From Octopus sinensis (lineage: Eukaryota), in the NCBI RefSeq assembly GCF_006345805.1, contig NC_043000.1, positions 87,730,001-87,794,000 of the forward strand: DNA of 64,000 nucleotides, read 5' to 3'. The notes under the pieces were generated by a model, which was not told where the DNA came from, ran no database searches, and saw nothing but the letters and a program-made list of their open reading frames with translations. A program made the position numbers and the translations under genes. The stretch's first letter is position 1. Every line of letters begins with the position of its first letter. Below, piece after piece: positions 63,480 through 64,000 of this stretch.

Positions 63480-64000
63480 TATTTATTCATTTAAATACTT
63501 GCACTCCTACATGCATTATCTTCTTAAATTCATTCTTCCCACTTCTTTCTTTCCAACCAAACTACCAGATGTCTTTGTACATTACTGGCCATAATGAGCA
63601 TCCATTCTTCCTTGGTTGCATCCTTCTTTTCCATTTGGACCTAAATTGTTTGATTATGTTGTTTTCACATCGCCTCAGGCATCTTTCAAGTAGTCTCTTC
63701 TAATCTTTTCAATATCACTCAACACCTGTTAAACTCTACCTGTTGTCTGCTACTACAAAGAAGGAAAAACAGTAACTGGTCACAGCACAAATAGCTATGG
63801 AAAAATCCATGCTAGGAATATCATTGTCGAATATAGCCAAAATATGATAATTTGAGATTGGAGTGGAGTGAATAATGTGATTATAGAATACCAAAAGCAC
63901 AGGCTACAGACAACAGGTAGAGTTTTGCAGTTGTTGAGTGATATTCAAAAGATTAGAAGAGACTATTTGAAAGATGCCTGAGGTGATGGGAAGACAACAT
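63480..64000. mobile_element. Head-to-head inverted RTE 3' fragments (minus about 63480-63752; plus about 63770-64000)
   Basis: Plus copy TAQIAMEKSMLGI...DNR; 63656-63750 is the near reverse complement of 63903-64000. Confidence 0.72.

Overview
AT-rich, repeat-dense animal genomic DNA; the SINE, LINE and MITE families suggest an octopus or other coleoid cephalopod (inference). The window lies inside one minus-strand host gene, focadhesin (FOCAD/KIAA1797). I could chain 12 internal GT-AG coding exons in frame (60862 down to 1163, 1774 nt); the gene continues beyond both window ends. The introns hold a nearly intact 5'-truncated RTE LINE with a PHD finger inside its reverse transcriptase, a fragmented Helitron Rep/Helicase, piggyBac and mariner derivatives and MITEs, CR1, R4/Dong-like, BovB-like and Penelope fragments, several tRNA-SINE families, fold-back hairpins and microsatellites. 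The most unusual object is at 4627-5076: a non-coding, highly structured 354-nt unit present as 1.27 copies, carrying a minimal type I hammerhead ribozyme (4841-4886, minus strand) and fused directly to the truncated 5' end of the RTE. It looks like a retrozyme-type circular RNA copied by template switching of an RTE reverse transcriptase. Most short ORFs in the supplied track are microsatellite or antisense artefacts. Exon, TIR and ribozyme coordinates were read base by base; other repeat boundaries are approximate.
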